Shown here piece after piece: positions 1-10,636 of a stretch of DNA of 64,000 bases. The DNA is from Vitrella brassicaformis CCMP3155 (taxonomy: Eukaryota; Protista; Chromerida). The number at the start of each line of letters is the position of its first letter. Positions within the stretch are counted from its first letter, which is position 1. The stretch spans positions 28,179 through 92,178 of the forward strand of contig CDMY01000381.1 of the NCBI GenBank assembly GCA_001179505.1. The letters are read 5' to 3'. The position numbers were made by a program, and so were the translations under genes. The notes under the pieces are model-generated. The model made no database searches, was not told the DNA's origin, and saw nothing but the letters and a program-made list of their open reading frames with translations.

Positions 1-1105
1 AACAAGCGTGAGACATGCACCACGATACACATACACACAGCAACCAGATCCAGCCAGCCACCTCACAGCCCCGGAGCGGGGCTGGTGTGTGGCCTATACG
101 GCCCGCGGCTGACGAAGTCCTCGGGAAACGCGCTGGCCCTCCGTGGCCCTCTGGCGGCCGCAGCGCGTTGTGCACGACTCGCCACTTGGAACGCGTTGTG
201 CTTCAGCAGCTCGACGGACAGGAGCTGGCTCCAATGGTTGACGACGCTCTCTCGGAAAGCTGCGTCCTCATCGGTGGGAACAACACCACAGAACGCGTGG
301 CAGACAAGCGACACAGACACGCAGAGAACAGACAAATGAAAAGAAAATTCGCATCCACAAGGCAGCTAAACGACGCAGATACACACCGAGCAAACACACA
401 AACAAACAACACACTGCATATACGTCAACTTCTTCTCGGACAGCAGTTGCCCGGCTCTATCGTCATCGCTCGGCACACGAGCCTCGCTGAGCCCCCCGTT
501 GACGTTGTCTATGAAGGCACCCACAAAGTCATTCGAAAAATCCTCTTGCAGCCTGGCAAGGACAGGGTAGAGGCCCAACCAGAAGAAGAAGGGGCCTGCC
601 GCGTCACCTGCTGAGTGCCCTCGTGACTTAGGATGGACTCGATGCGGCCATCCTCCATTCCATACCACAGCTCGGCCGGGGTGCCGCAGAACTGCCAAAA
701 GAAGTCCACGAGGGAGGGCCACTTTACGCTGAGCTCGTTGAGGATCGCCTGGCTGTCGAAAATGGTGTTGAATGCATTCTTTGGTCCAGCGTCACGAGCA
801 GCTGGTGTTCCGCAGCGTCTCTCTGTGTCTCGATGAAGGCCTGGGCAGCTCGAAACATTTCTCTCCACCAGCTGAGGTCCCTACTACAAACTTGACGTGT
901 CCAAGCAGAACCGCATCGGAATCAGCTACAGAAAAAACTGCTGGGGCAAGAAATCCCCCTCAAACGCGAGTGTGTTGTCTATGCAAATGGTCTTCGTCAC
1001 CCAGCGGCAAACGACGTTGCCAACAGCGATCGGTCGGACCCCCCCACTGTTCTTCTCCAGAGCGAAGAGACAGGCGGTGGCGATGATCTTTGGTAGGAAT
1101 GAAAA
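1..1105 (-). mobile_element. Degenerate, internally deleted CRE-clade non-LTR retrotransposon (RT pieces, ORF C-terminus, 3' UTR)
   Basis: 63-290 encodes ...NHWSQLLSVELLKHNAFQVASRAQRAAAARGP...PHTSPAPGL*, nearly identical to the C-terminus of the large copies. 470-790 encodes SQAILNELSVKWPSLVDFFWQFCGTPAELWYGMEDGRIESILSHEGTQQ. ~960-1100 encodes the RPIAVG...RWVTK segment. Confidence 0.9.
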
Positions 1106-1287
1106 AAGACTCCAGGACCCCTCTTGCTTCGGTTCTCATGTATTGAAACCTGGTTGGCAAGTAAAGATAGTATCAGGCTGCCTGCCCTCACTTCCAACAC
1201 GGGAGAAAGAGGCTGACGTCAGAGGGAGGACAATGTATTCGCAGAGGGATGACCATCCTCCGAGGATATGAGGGGTTGCGAGTTTAC

Positions 1288-1582
1288 TTGATTAGTTCGA
1301 GGCCGCAGGTCCGGCTGCAGCAGCGCCTGACCGATCAACTGCACAAATTCCGCTTCAACGAGCTCTTCAACTCCCTCCCGCCCGACGGCAGAGCCCGCGC
1401 CCGTCTCTTGGGCTGCCAAGGGCCTCTCTCGTCTGGTTGGCTGTCCGCGATCCCTTCCAGTGACAACAAGGCGCTGAACAACTTCCAGTATCGCCACGCC
1501 GTCGCCGAGTGTCTCGGCGTTAGCCTCCCGCACGCAACCGTCTCGCAGCGATGCATCTGCGGCGGGGAGGTTGACAAGTTTG
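1288..1582 (+). mobile_element. CRE fragment (post-RT region up to CCHC knuckle)
   Basis: SRPQVRLQQRLTDQLHKFRFNELFNSLPPDGRARARLLGCQGPLSSGWLSAIPS...CICGGEVDKF matches 28641-29936; the match breaks at 1582. Confidence 0.9.
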
Positions 1583-1955
1583 ACCTCGACAGGAAGACGT
1601 CCCACTTGATGACCTGGCAGCACGTCACCCCGACGCTCTCAGAGTGCCGCATGACGTCACCGAGGACGCGGAGACCAAGATCGTTGGTGATGCCGCGCAT
1701 TCCCGCCTTGTCGAGGTGCTGCTTGAGCTCGACCGCCATGCCCTGCTGGATCCACGGGCCCCACTGAATGCTCTGCGCAGCGAGCTTCTTGGACCGCCGG
1801 TACTCGGTGAGGGCGTCCAGGCATGAGTTGGCCGCCGAGTAGTTGGCCTGACCAAAGTTGCCGAGTAGCGAGGCGGAAAAAGAGAACATCATGAAGTGGC
1901 CGAGAGGGATCTCCTTGTCAAGCGACAGCTCGTGGAGGTACCACGCACCCATGAC
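1583..1955 (-). pseudogene. Orphan exon of a type I PKS/FAS ketoreductase (KR) domain
   Basis: GAWYLHELS...HFMMFSFSASLLGNFGQANYSAANSCLDALTEYRR...SIQWGPW..GMA is the KR signature, with the catalytic Tyr present. Acceptor tgggcag at 1956. The exon is fused directly to a CRE fragment; no other PKS domains are seen in the window. Confidence 0.9.
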
Positions 1956-2172
1956 CTGCCCACACAGACACACACACGAGGCGGAAGCGATTGATGGGTA
2001 ACAATCAAGCAGCCAGTCATCCACTCAGTCAGGGGACACCCAACCGGAAGAATGAATGCACCATTCCCTCACAGTCATGATTGTGTTGAAGCAGTCACAC
2101 ATATATGATGTTCATGGTTGAAACTCGAGCAGCTTCTGGTCATCCTAGTATGATTACGATCAATCTTTCCTT

Positions 2173-5100
2173 TACGATTTAAACAACCACTTTATGATTT
2201 AAATGAGTCTTAGGCACCAACTCCTCGTATCTGGCAGATGTGGTGAAGCATCTTCTTGAATAATGGTAATGTCTGGTGACCCATCAGCCAGGCTCCCTCC
2301 CCTCACATCTCAAAACACACCCTTCGCTTCACAAGATGCACATCCATTGTCACTGGACATGTCCTTGCCAACGGTGATAAGAGTGAATAATCATCAGTGC
2401 CATGCATAGGCGTACACAGAGAAAACGCCCATGAGGAAACGCTGTGACATTGATAGCGAGAGCGGCATCGAAAAAGAAGTACACACATGAATCATCGTTC
2501 TCTCTCCCTTACCATAAACAGTCCTCTCTCCCTTGCCACAAACAGTCATGGAGGCCGATGTATCTATGAATATGTTCTTTCTCCTTGAATCTGCCTCCCT
2601 TTCTTGCAGATCAGCCTCTCCTGCAGGACTTTGCGCGGCTCATGCATACCATCAATCCAAAAATCACTGATTTCACGCCCAAAAGTCCAACCATGCATCG
2701 AAAAATATCTTAAGCTTACTGAATGACGCAAGAACCGAGCAAGTGCATCTTCTGTCGACTACAAAGCATCAAAAACACCAACACTCACAATCATAAGGGC
2801 CAATAGTAATGGCAGAAGTACTGTGGATGTAGAGCTTCTTCAACAGAGACCATTATTTCCATCCCCTTTGTCTCCCGCATAAAATCCTGCATTGCATTCA
2901 CACAGTACGAGCACGTCCGTAGACATGACGCGCAGGGGGGAAATATGATGCATATCACAGCTACACGGTAGTTTGCTGTCGGCTATCCGCCTTATGTTTG
3001 CCACGAATGGAAAAGAACCGCTGATCTCATGCCGAGACACGTTGGAAAACACCGAACCTTATGTTTGCCACGAATGGAAAAGAACCGCTGATCTCATGCC
3101 GAGACACGTTGGAAAACACCGAAACACCGACTTGACTACAAAGTATCCGAAAAAATACACCGGCTGTCACGGGGGTCAGTCTGGCAGGAAGGGCAAAGCT
3201 CACTCGACATTGCTTCTTCATCTCTTTACCCCTTTACCCTTGACCACACACCTGAAGGGACTACAAAAGCCGTACTCACTTATAACTCACACCTTGTTAT
3301 AACTTCTACCTCACTTCCATGCATTCCTCGACGCAGCCATGCACGATGAGAGAGCAAGGGTTTTGAGGGATGAAACAAATGCAACGTGTGCAAGCGCCCA
3401 GTGTTGATGAAGCAATCGACGCTCCATCGACTAACAAACAGCAGATATAAGCAATCTGCCCCTTGGCACTTGGAAGAACAGTATATGCACTGAGATATGA
3501 CGAGGTCACACGAGACACGAAGGCCCAAAGAAAAATACTGAGATGGGAAGGACGGTGGGCCGGTTGTGAAGGAAGGTCCCTCACTCATTTGGACACTGCC
3601 GCTTCCCTGGGCATGGCCATCCAGATCTGTGGCATACCCCCTTTGATGTGCACATGGAATCCCCCAGACACCCCATGAGGCATCTCCCTGCACGCCCCNN
3701 NNNNNNNNNNNNNNNNNNNNNNNNNNNNNNNNNNNNNNNNNNNNNNNNNNNNNNNNNNNNNNNNNNNNNNNNNNNNNNNNNNNNNNNNNNNNNNNNNNNN
3801 NNNNNNNNNNNNNNNNNNNNNNNNNNNNNNNNNNNNNNNNNNNNNNNNNNNNNNNNNNNNNNNNNNNNNNNNNNNNNNNNNNNNNNNNNNNNNNNNNNNN
3901 NNNNNNNNNNNNNNNNNNNNNNNNNNNNNNNNNNNNNNNNNNNNNNNNNNNNNNNNNNNNNNNNNNNNNNNNNNNNNNNNNNNNNNNNNNNNNNNNNNTA
4001 CGATTTAAACAACCACTTTATGATTTAAATGAGTCTTAGGCACCAACTCCTCGTATCTGGCAGATGTGGTGAAGCATCTTCTTGAATAATGGTAATGTCT
4101 GGTGACCCATCAGCCAGGCTCCCTCCCCTCACATCTCAAAACACACCCTTCGCTTCACAAGATGCACATCCATTGTCACTGGACATGTCCTTGCCAACGG
4201 TGATAAGAGTGAATAATCATCAGTGCCATGCATAGGCGTACACAGAGAAAACGCCCATGAGGAAACGCTGTGACATTGATAGCGAGAGCGGCATCGAAAA
4301 AGAAGTACACACATGAATCATCGTTCTCTCTCCCTTACCATAAACAGTCCTCTCTCCCTTGCCACAAACAGTCATGGAGGCCGATGTATCTATGAATATG
4401 TTCTTTCTCCTTGAATCTGCCTCCCTTTCTTGCAGATCAGCCTCTCCTGAAGGACTTTGCGCGGCTCATGCATACCATCAATCCAAAAATCACTGATTTC
4501 ACGCCCAAAAGTCCAACCATGCATCGAAAAATATCTTAAGCTTACTGAATGACGCAAGAACCGAGCAAGTGCATCTTCTGTCGACTACAAAGCATCAAAA
4601 ACACCAACATTCACAATCGTAAGGGCCAATAGTAATGGCAGAAGTACTGTGGATGTAGAGCTTCTTCAACAGAGACCATTATTTCCATCCCTTTGTCTCC
4701 CGCATAAAATCCTGCATTGCATTCACACAGTACGAGCACGTCCGTAGACATGACGCGCAGGGGGGAAATATGAAGCATATCACAGCTACACGGTAGTTTG
4801 CTGTCGGCTACCCGCCTTATGTTTGCCACGAATGGAAAAGAACCGCTGACCCATGCCGAGACACGTTTAAAAACACCGACCTTAGCTAAAGCATCCAAAA
4901 ACCGATCTTCACCGAGGTCAGTCTGACAGGAAACGCAAAGTTCACTCGACATTGCTTCTTTATCTCTTTACCCTTGACCACACACCTGAAGGGACTACAA
5001 AAGCCGTACTCAGATATAACTCACACCTTTTTATAACTTCTACCTCACTTCCATGCATTCCTCGACGGAGCCATGCAGGATGAGAGAGCAAGAGCAAGGG

Positions 5101-5438
5101 TTTGGGGGGACAAAACAAAGGCAACGTATGCGAGCGCCCAGTGTTGATGAAGCAATCGACGCTCCATCGGCCAACAAACAGCAGATATAAGCAACCTGCC
5201 CCTTGGCACTTCGAAGAGGAGTATACGCACTGATGCATGACGAGGTCACACGAGACACGAAGGCCCAAAGAAAAATACTGAGATGGGAAGGACGGTGGGC
5301 CGGTTGTGAAGGAAGGTCCCTCACTCATTTGGACACTGCCGCTTCCCTGGGCATGGCCATCCAGATCTGTGGCATACCCCCTTTGATGTGCACATGGAAT
5401 CCCCCAGACACCCCATGAGGCATCTCCCTGCACGCCCC
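2173..5438. repeat. Tandem segmental duplication (2173-3698 and 3999-5438) across a gap
   Basis: Both copies start tacgatttaaacaaccac and align to ...cacgcccc. They differ by SNPs and indels, including a 67-bp tandem duplication (2990-3123) present only in copy 1. The unit includes the end of the amylase last exon. Confidence 0.9.
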
Positions 5439-8015
5439 TTGACCCACACGGTGCCCTCGCTGCGTAGGGTTCCGGCGAGGCCTGGGAGGCGGCGGGGCAT
5501 TGATAAGTGAGGGCACCATGGGGTGGAAGCAGTAAGGAACAAAGTCCCAGTCGTTCAAGGGCAGGCCGAAGCAGCAACCAGCAGCCTGCACGCGCACACG
5601 CATACGCAGAGAGACAGACATCCATATCGATTCACGCCCCACCTCTCACACCCTCCATCATACCATGCATGCGTCAGCGCTTGGTTGCGAGGCTTCTCCA
5701 GGTGAGGGTCCGCATGGCAATTTCAGTTCGTCGGGTCCCACGCAAGCCAGAGGGTTGACGAAGGGTGCGAGGGGCGTCTCTGCTCGAACCAGCTCCTCGC
5801 GCGTATGATTGCGCGGCTTCTGGGAAGGCGGGAGGAAAGGCTCGAAGGCTGAACCCTCAGACTCACTCTGAGAGGCCATCGACTCGCCCTTGGCCACGGC
5901 GATGGTGCGCAGCATGTAGTCGCGCTTCGTCTCATTGGTTGTCAGCGCCTGACCTTCCCAGGTGGCCTCACGCACTGCAGAAGAGGTCTGGAGGAAGGCT
6001 GCCGGCGGAGTGGAGATTGGTGTGTTGTTGATATTGCTGAAGAAGGCGAGGACAGCAGAGCCACGGAGCTTCAGAAGGTCGCAGAAATAGCGCTGTCCCC
6101 GGAAGGCTTGCGGAATGTTGTCCGGCGGGAGGTTGATGTCGAAGCTCCGCCCGTCTCCAATATTAGCGGTCACCACCAGCACACGCTCGCCGCGCGCGAA
6201 GAAGTAGATTTCGTTCAATACCTGAATAAGGAAGGAGATAGATAACCTTGACAGACAAGAGCCCATCAGAGGGCCCTCTGTCTTGGTCACTGACCCAGAG
6301 CTCTCTTTGCGCCCCATCGAAGACGCCCAGGGTGCGGAGGAGGTTGAGTCGAGCAAGGAAGTGATATAAGGGATGCTCTGTGTTGTATCCGACCTTCCAC
6401 AAGGCCTCGCGGCGACGGTTATCGTCACCATAACTAGCGTCGGGGCCTACACATATACATGAATAGGACCTCACCTCCTCGCTCCTGACAGCGAGTGTCT
6501 GTCGTCTTCACTCACTCACTTTGCGTCATGCCCTGCTCCGTGCCATAGTAGATGATCGGGACCCCGGTGGTGGTGAGGACGAAGGTGAGGGCGTTCTGAT
6601 AGAGAGTGTGAGAAGGCTCGTGCAGGAGAAAGCGGTCCTGGTCGTGGCAGTCGATGAACACACCCAAGCTAGCCACATCCCTGAGGCGAGTGAGCCAGCC
6701 GTCGACCAAATGATGAATGGCTGCCAACACCCTATCCATCATCTGTTCTCCTCGCTTGCTCACCTGAAGGTGTCTTGGATTTGTCTGAGGATGTTGGCCA
6801 CCCCCCAGAGGGACTGACGGCGCTGGAAGGAGTTGATCAACGCCCAATACAAAGGGTAGTTCAGAACCTGTGGGGCCACAGACACCATCAGATGTGATGT
6901 TCATCCATGCTTCCGTTCCTCCTTCCGCCCCTCCCTCCATTCCTTACGGCATCGAGCACGCGGCCGCCATCGTGCTCATCGTATTGGTATTTGGCAAAGT
7001 AGCTCAAGGCCCTGCCGCCAATAAGCACTTCGCCTAGCGTGTAGGTGCCCGGGAGCCTCTGCACCATCCTCTGCCAAAACCACTTGGGCACTGATCGAGG
7101 GACGGATGGAAACAGGGAGAGAGAGGAAAGGTCAATCAAGCTACTCGACTACAGTGAGTAAGGAACAATGTACTCTGTCGCTGACCATAGGGCGTCGTGT
7201 CGATCCGCAGACCATCGAAGCCAAAGCGGTCGACTTGTTGAGCCACCCAGTCGATGAGGAAATCCTGGACGAACCAGTCCTCTGTGTTGAGGTCAGGCAG
7301 GTTGACGAGCCAGCTGCATGCATGCACCACACCGAGGGATGACAAAAAAGACACTCCATAGTTCCTCTCCTTCAGCTGATGGTCTTAGTGACAAGTTCGC
7401 ACCATCTTTCTATGGACTCTTGTCTGTTCCAGTCGATCTGGCAGGGTGGATGGTAGTGTTCCCTGCGATCGAAAGGCCAGGAGCTGGGGGGACTGGCGTT
7501 ATAAACACCAGGGCCGTTGTGGTTGGCCACGATGTCCAACATCACCCAAATGTCTTCGGAGTGCAACTGGTCAGTCATTCTCTTCAGCTCATCGCCGTTA
7601 GCATCGCCGAAAAAGGTGTTGTATCTGTTCCAATCCTTCGTCCAGTAGCCTGCGGCCGGAGAGGCATCCACACTTCCTTCGTCAGTTTCCGCTGGTATCG
7701 TTCGTTACTCTTACCGTGGTAGCCACAAGGGATTTGACCAGGGATAGGCGAGATCCAGAGAGCATTGAAGTTCATACCTTTGATGTAGTCGAGCTTCGAG
7801 AGGATGCCCTCATACGTGCCTCCACAGTAATTGCCCCACTGGCAATGACCACTGTTGCACGAGTCGCCCGTTGCATCAGGATCGCGGGCAAAGCGGTCAG
7901 TCAGCACTTGATAGATCACTCGTCGCGAGGTCCATTGATCGTGGGGGGCGCCACTCGCACAAAACAGTGCCGTCAAAAACACCAGAGCGAGTGAACCTCT
8001 CCCTTGAAGTCCCAT
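5325..8015 (-). CDS. Secreted GH13 alpha-amylase (fungal/AmyA type), multi-exon, with C-terminal trefoil (P-type) domain
   Basis: Signal-like MGLQGRGSLALVFLTALFCASG, then IYQVLTDRFAR, YCGGTYEGILSKLDYIKGMNFNALWISP, GYHG|YW, VMLDIVANH, LPDLNTE, FDGLRIDT (nucleophile), TLGEV (acid/base), FIDCHDQDRF, GVPIIYYGTEQG, NRRREALW. A phase-0 intron (5663-5586) joins the trefoil halves. Confidence 0.92.
5520..5744 (-). other. Trefoil (P-type) domain within the amylase
   Basis: Spliced translation CVGPDELKLPCGPSPGEASQPSADACM|AAGCCFGLPLNDWDFVPYCFHP has six Cys in trefoil order, with the C-x4-CCF and vPxCFxP hallmarks. Confidence 0.8.
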
Positions 8016-8242
8016 GGCACAAAGAGAAGAGGAAGGACGATCTATATGGATCTCAGTCCGCCTTGCCAGCCTCACGGAGAAACGGCCACGCAACCGCGGC
8101 GATACCACTATAGGGCAAAGCTCCTCCTCCCTCGGTCGGTCGGTCGGTTGAGGGTTTGACGAAACACCTGTCCCTAAGCCCGGCGCCACCTTTCGGCGCT
8201 AACGGACATCCCTCGCTCGCTTGCTTGGCGTGCGTGTGACGC

Positions 8243-8435
8243 TATGTGCCTGCTCGCTCGTATGTTGCCGTCGTTCGTAGCATTGCATATCCACCTGTTT
8301 GCTGCTTCTGCCCTTTGCGTGCTGCGTGTTGCGTGTGCGTGTTGCAAGGTTGGGTGCATGTTGCATGTTGGGATGGACAAACATGGGACGGGGCCGTCAG
8401 GCCACCTAGGGTACTCCCTGAAACCGCTGCGCGCT
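8243..8435 (+). repeat. Dispersed ~170-190 bp repeat family, copy 1 (others at 8950-9130, 13945-14030 minus, 14110-14160 minus, 18323-18432, 22815-22975)
   Basis: Shared tatgt(t/g)gccgtc...gcagcgc(a/c)ttgca...tgcgtgttgc(a)tg...acatggga..ggcc(a/g)cctaggg.a.t.c.tgaaac(c/t)gct segments, seen by eye. Confidence 0.7.
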
Positions 8436-8589
8436 TGCTTGCTTATCGTGTTTAGCGAGACTCGTGTCAGTAACCCCGGTGCTACCGGGGATCTTCTGTC
8501 CATACACCACGCACTAAACAAGCAGCATGCACATGCGGAAAGCATGCACACGGCCTGTCTCCCTCGACACCGGTGAAGCATTCGTTCGT

Positions 8590-8760
8590 TAGCCTTTACA
8601 CGAGCCCCTGACCCGAGGCATCGCAGACGACTCCATCTCATTGGTACGTCCATCATGCAAGGAATGCATCACGCAGCGTGTGCAGAGAGCCATTCGGCGC
8701 GTGCGGCCTTGGCAGAAGTTAAGAAGTCGGCCAGCGCCTCAAGCACAGGCAGTGAACGCG
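8590..8760 (-). mobile_element. Possible hAT-like transposase remnant
   Basis: LEALADFLTSAKAARAEWLSAHAA*CIPCMMDVPMRWS resembles the hAT segment '...LILDVPTRWNS'. It contains a stop and no TIRs were found. Confidence 0.4.
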
Positions 8761-9203
8761 ACATGAGCAGTGACCATGCAAACACGAGTGAGTTGTAGCC
8801 ACCCCTCCCTCCACATTCGGCGGGCGACTGAGCGGTTGATTGCGTGTGTGTATGTGTGTGTGCGTAGCGCCATGGTGTGATGCGCACATCACCGGGGTTT
8901 GTCAAGGGCCGGATGGCCGGCCCACACCGGCCGTTTGTGTGCCATTGTGCGTGTCTAGTGTATGTTGCCATCCTTTGCAGCGCCTTTGCAGACCTGCTAG
9001 CATGCTTCTGCTCCCTCTGTGTTGCGTGTCGCCTGTTGCATGTCACGTGTTGCGTATTGCATGTTGGACGAGCATGGGAGCAGGCCAGTGGCCGCCTAGG
9101 GCATCACGTGAAACTGCTGCTGCAGTTGTATTTAGTGAGCTCCCATCGAAAATAAACCGTGCCATCGGGTGCCGTCAGGCCGTGCCGTTGAGAAGGCAAG
9201 AAG

Positions 9204-9405
9204 ATGCCCGACACCGACGTCAAAAAGGAGATTCGGCGACGTCTGGACCGTGAGGTGGACCTCAACTTGCAGATGGGAGGGTTGGTGCGAGAAGACCTCC
9301 GCAGCCGCCTTGAGTCCTACGACTCCATGGCCATCGTCACCTCGCTTCTAACGGGCTTTGCCTTCGCTGCGGTGACCAACATTGATAGCGACAAGCTCCA
9401 CGACG
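9204..9405 (+). pseudogene. Membrane-protein exon truncated by satellite
   Basis: MPDTDVKKEIRRRLDREVDLNLQMGGLVREDLRSRLESYDSMAIVTSLLTGFAFAAVTNIDSDKLHDG has coding-like codon usage and one TM helix, and runs straight into the satellite. Confidence 0.55.
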
Positions 9406-9968
9406 GTGCATGCGCAGGTGTGCGTACAGAGACATTCATCAGATACACACACTCTTAGTCCAAACCTGCATGCGCAGGTGTGCGCACAGCGACATTCCTT
9501 ATATACACATACTCCAAGCCCAAACGTGTATGCGCAGGTGTGCGCAGCGACATTCATCATATACACACACTCCAAGTCCAAACGTGTATGCGCAGATTTG
9601 CGTATAGAGACATTCATCAGATACACACTCCAAGTCCAAACGTGCATGCGCAGGTGTGCGCAGAGTGACATTCCTTATATACACATACTCCAAGCCCAAA
9701 CGTGTATGCGCAGGTGTGCGCACACAGACATTCATCATATACAACTCCAAGTCCAAACGTGTATGTGCAGATGTGCGTATAGAGACATTCATCAGATACA
9801 CACACTCCAAGTCCATACCTGCATGCGCAGGTGTGCGCAGGTGTGCGCAGGTGTGCGCACAGCGACATTCATCACATACACACACTCCACACACTCCAAG
9901 TCGATACGTGCATGCGCAGGTGTGCGCACAGCGACATTCATCATATACACACACTCCAAGTCCACACG
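9406..9968 (+). repeat. ~60-bp satellite array
   Basis: About 9 units of cacagagacattcatcatatacacacactccaagtc(c/g)a(a/c)acgtgcatgcgcaggtgtgcg. Confidence 0.95.
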
Positions 9969-10636
9969 TAAGGGTCAATGTTATTTGCAGAGGATTTTGG
10001 ACCAAGAATACAGCTCAATCATTGAGTGAAAAATGTCTCTGTTCATCCAGAAAAATGTATCTGTTCATCCATACTAGCATTTGTTCACCCATTGGTATAT
10101 AGCTTCCTTTCTTATTCACGCATTTGTTCACCCGGTGGTATATAGCTCCCTTTCTTATTCATCCATCCGAGAAAGCACACAGGCAGAGAGAAGAGACAGA
10201 CAGGCATCCGTTCAATCGTCCTCTCATTGGCTCTCTGAGCAAGACATAGAAGGAGGACGAAAAAAAGCCGGCGTCTCACGGACTTCATATACTCATATCC
10301 TAATAGTCTGCTCATCTCGTATATCACAAAGGCCTCAGATCACACAATCTGGTCGCCCTCCGTTCATGTTACCGCACTTGAGGAGCGAGTCAGCTGGCCT
10401 GCTGTATTAGGTGATTTCTGTGGTGGATAGAATAAAGTAGGTCTAAACAGGTAAGTAGACTGTCTGGTTGAAACAGATACGGCATCGTATTAGAGCTCCT
10501 TAGATTGCAATCCATCTGTCACTCGTCCTGATACAGGTGGTGAAACAGAGAAAAAAAGGCTTCTGAATGTGAATAATCAAGATGCCTTGCTTCCTCTTCT
10601 ATGCCCGATCCCTTCCAAGTCTTACTAAGGCTGCAG

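Noticed and set aside
3699-3998. ORFs spanning N-runs (all ~300-N gaps)
   Set aside because: The gaps are placeholders of unknown size, so reading-frame continuity across them is meaningless.
8474-8490. CCCCGGT-gct-ACCGGGG hairpin as a Helitron 3' end
   Set aside because: No correctly spaced CTRR followed by T on either strand, and no matching 5' TC end identified.
9406-9968. Satellite arrays as CRISPR arrays
   Set aside because: The units vary along their whole length, with no invariant repeat separated by unique spacers; the context is eukaryotic and there are no cas genes.
9382-10102. Long ORFs over the satellites (also 24078-25146 and 62998-63959)
   Set aside because: They are translations of tandem repeats (VCAQRHSS/CVYDEC patterns) with no coding signal.
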